Of a DNA stretch of 35,898 nt, positions 35,526-35,898 are shown one piece after another. How positions within the stretch are numbered: the first letter of the stretch is position 1; each line of letters begins with the position of its first letter. This DNA comes from a virus: the IMG/VR virus record IMGVR_UViG_3300009690_000003; one strand, given 5' to 3'. The notes beneath the pieces were generated by a model. It was not told where the DNA came from. It searched no databases and worked only from the letters and a program-made list of their open reading frames with translations. Both the position numbers and the translations under genes were made by a program.

Positions 35526-35898
35526 TTACAACCCCCACTTCTCAACCGGTGAGGCGTGGCGGTGGGCGTCATCCAGGTCGGATTGGCTGATGGCCAGGTA
35601 GCGCTTGACCATGTCGAGCGTGGTGTGGCCGAGTATCTCCTGCAGCGTGTAGATGTTGGGGTAATTGCGCAGGTAATTGACGGCGAAGGTGTGGCGGAAG
35701 TCGTGCGGCGTGTAATGGGGGAGCTCGGCCCGGGCGGCGATCCGCTCGAGGATGTGGCGCAGGTGGGTGCGGGTGAGCGGCCCGCCGTTTTGGGTGGCAA
35801 ACAGGTGCTGGCCCATGGGATCGTCCTTGCGGTCCGCTGCCAGGTAGCGCCAGATGGCCTGGCCGGTGCGCGCTGAGAAGGGTAGCATGCGCTCTTTG
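35526..35898 (-). CDS. int: Tyrosine integrase, C-terminal third (same gene as 1-686)
   Basis: HDFRHTFAVNYL (HxxR) and LGHTTLDMVKRYL (His, catalytic Tyr). The stop is at 35526-35528. The frame continues through the 123-nt overlap. Confidence 0.92.
   Translation of the reverse strand, partial: KERMLPFSARTGQAIWRYLAADRKDDPMGQHLFATQNGGPLTRTHLRHILERIAARAELPHYTPHDFRHTFAVNYLRNYPNIYTLQEILGHTTLDMVKRYLAISQSDLDDAHRHASPVEKWGL
35776..35898. repeat. Terminal overlap identical to 1-123
   Basis: Exact identity on direct reading. Confidence 0.95.

Larger units (their letters stand above)
1..35898. mobile_element. Complete circularly closed genome of a temperate siphovirus-like tailed phage (35,775 bp unique)
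   Basis: Module order is lysogeny, replication, small early genes, TerS/TerL, portal, protease, capsid, connectors, tail tube, frameshifted chaperone, tape measure, tail tip, lysin. No host genes. The ends overlap exactly by 123 nt. Confidence 0.85.

Noticed and set aside
1-35898. Reverse-transcriptase-based systems (DGR targeting the tail fibre, retron) or a large defence ATPase/nuclease system.
   Set aside because: No ORF on either strand shows RT motifs (YxDD context), and no template/variable repeat pair was seen near the tail genes. The only large NTPase is the primase-linked replication protein.

Overview
The window is a complete, circularly closed genome of a temperate siphovirus-like tailed phage. 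Nt 1-123 are identical to nt 35776-35898, giving 35,775 bp of unique sequence and no host flanks. The backbone is GC-rich and is interrupted by several AT-rich accessory islands. Going round the circle: (1) a tyrosine integrase, split by the window ends, next to an attP built on a 47-nt tRNA-Pro(CGG) 3' fragment flanked by ATCCGTG arm-type repeats. (2) A divergent CI-like/Cro-like HTH switch with overlapping back-to-back promoters. (3) A second complete tyrosine recombinase. (4) A DnaG-like primase fused to a P-loop NTPase, followed by an AT-rich iteron region (putative ori). (5) About 20 small early genes, including ASCH-like, LexA-DNA-binding-domain-only and nucleoside 2-deoxyribosyltransferase-like proteins, several mini membrane proteins and an RHH protein. 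(6) A late region: holin-like protein, TerS, TerL, portal fused to a MuF-like domain, HK97-type protease and capsid, two glycosyltransferase-like genes inside the head module, connectors, tail tube, a chaperone pair with a -1 frameshift site (A_AAA_AAC), tape measure, Dit-like protein, tail-collar fibre, a three-domain lysin and a metallophosphoesterase. (7) An accessory arm with an orphan tmRNA/tRNA-Ala-type 3' end, a 30-aa hydrophobic peptide, a zinc-ribbon membrane protein and a non-canonical tRNA. The most unusual property is that at least five families of short hairpin or heptamer repeats colonise the genome. They lie in intergenic DNA, often directly after TAA stops. They also lie in frame, without stops, inside essential genes (TerS, TerL, portal, protease). 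One family shows compensatory stem substitutions. Other points of interest are a duplicated promoter module and a duplicated terminator that bracket a candidate small RNA and an AT-rich two-gene cassette, and a 15-nt operator shared by the integrase and primase upstream regions. All functional calls come from motif-level reading of the translations. No database search was possible.
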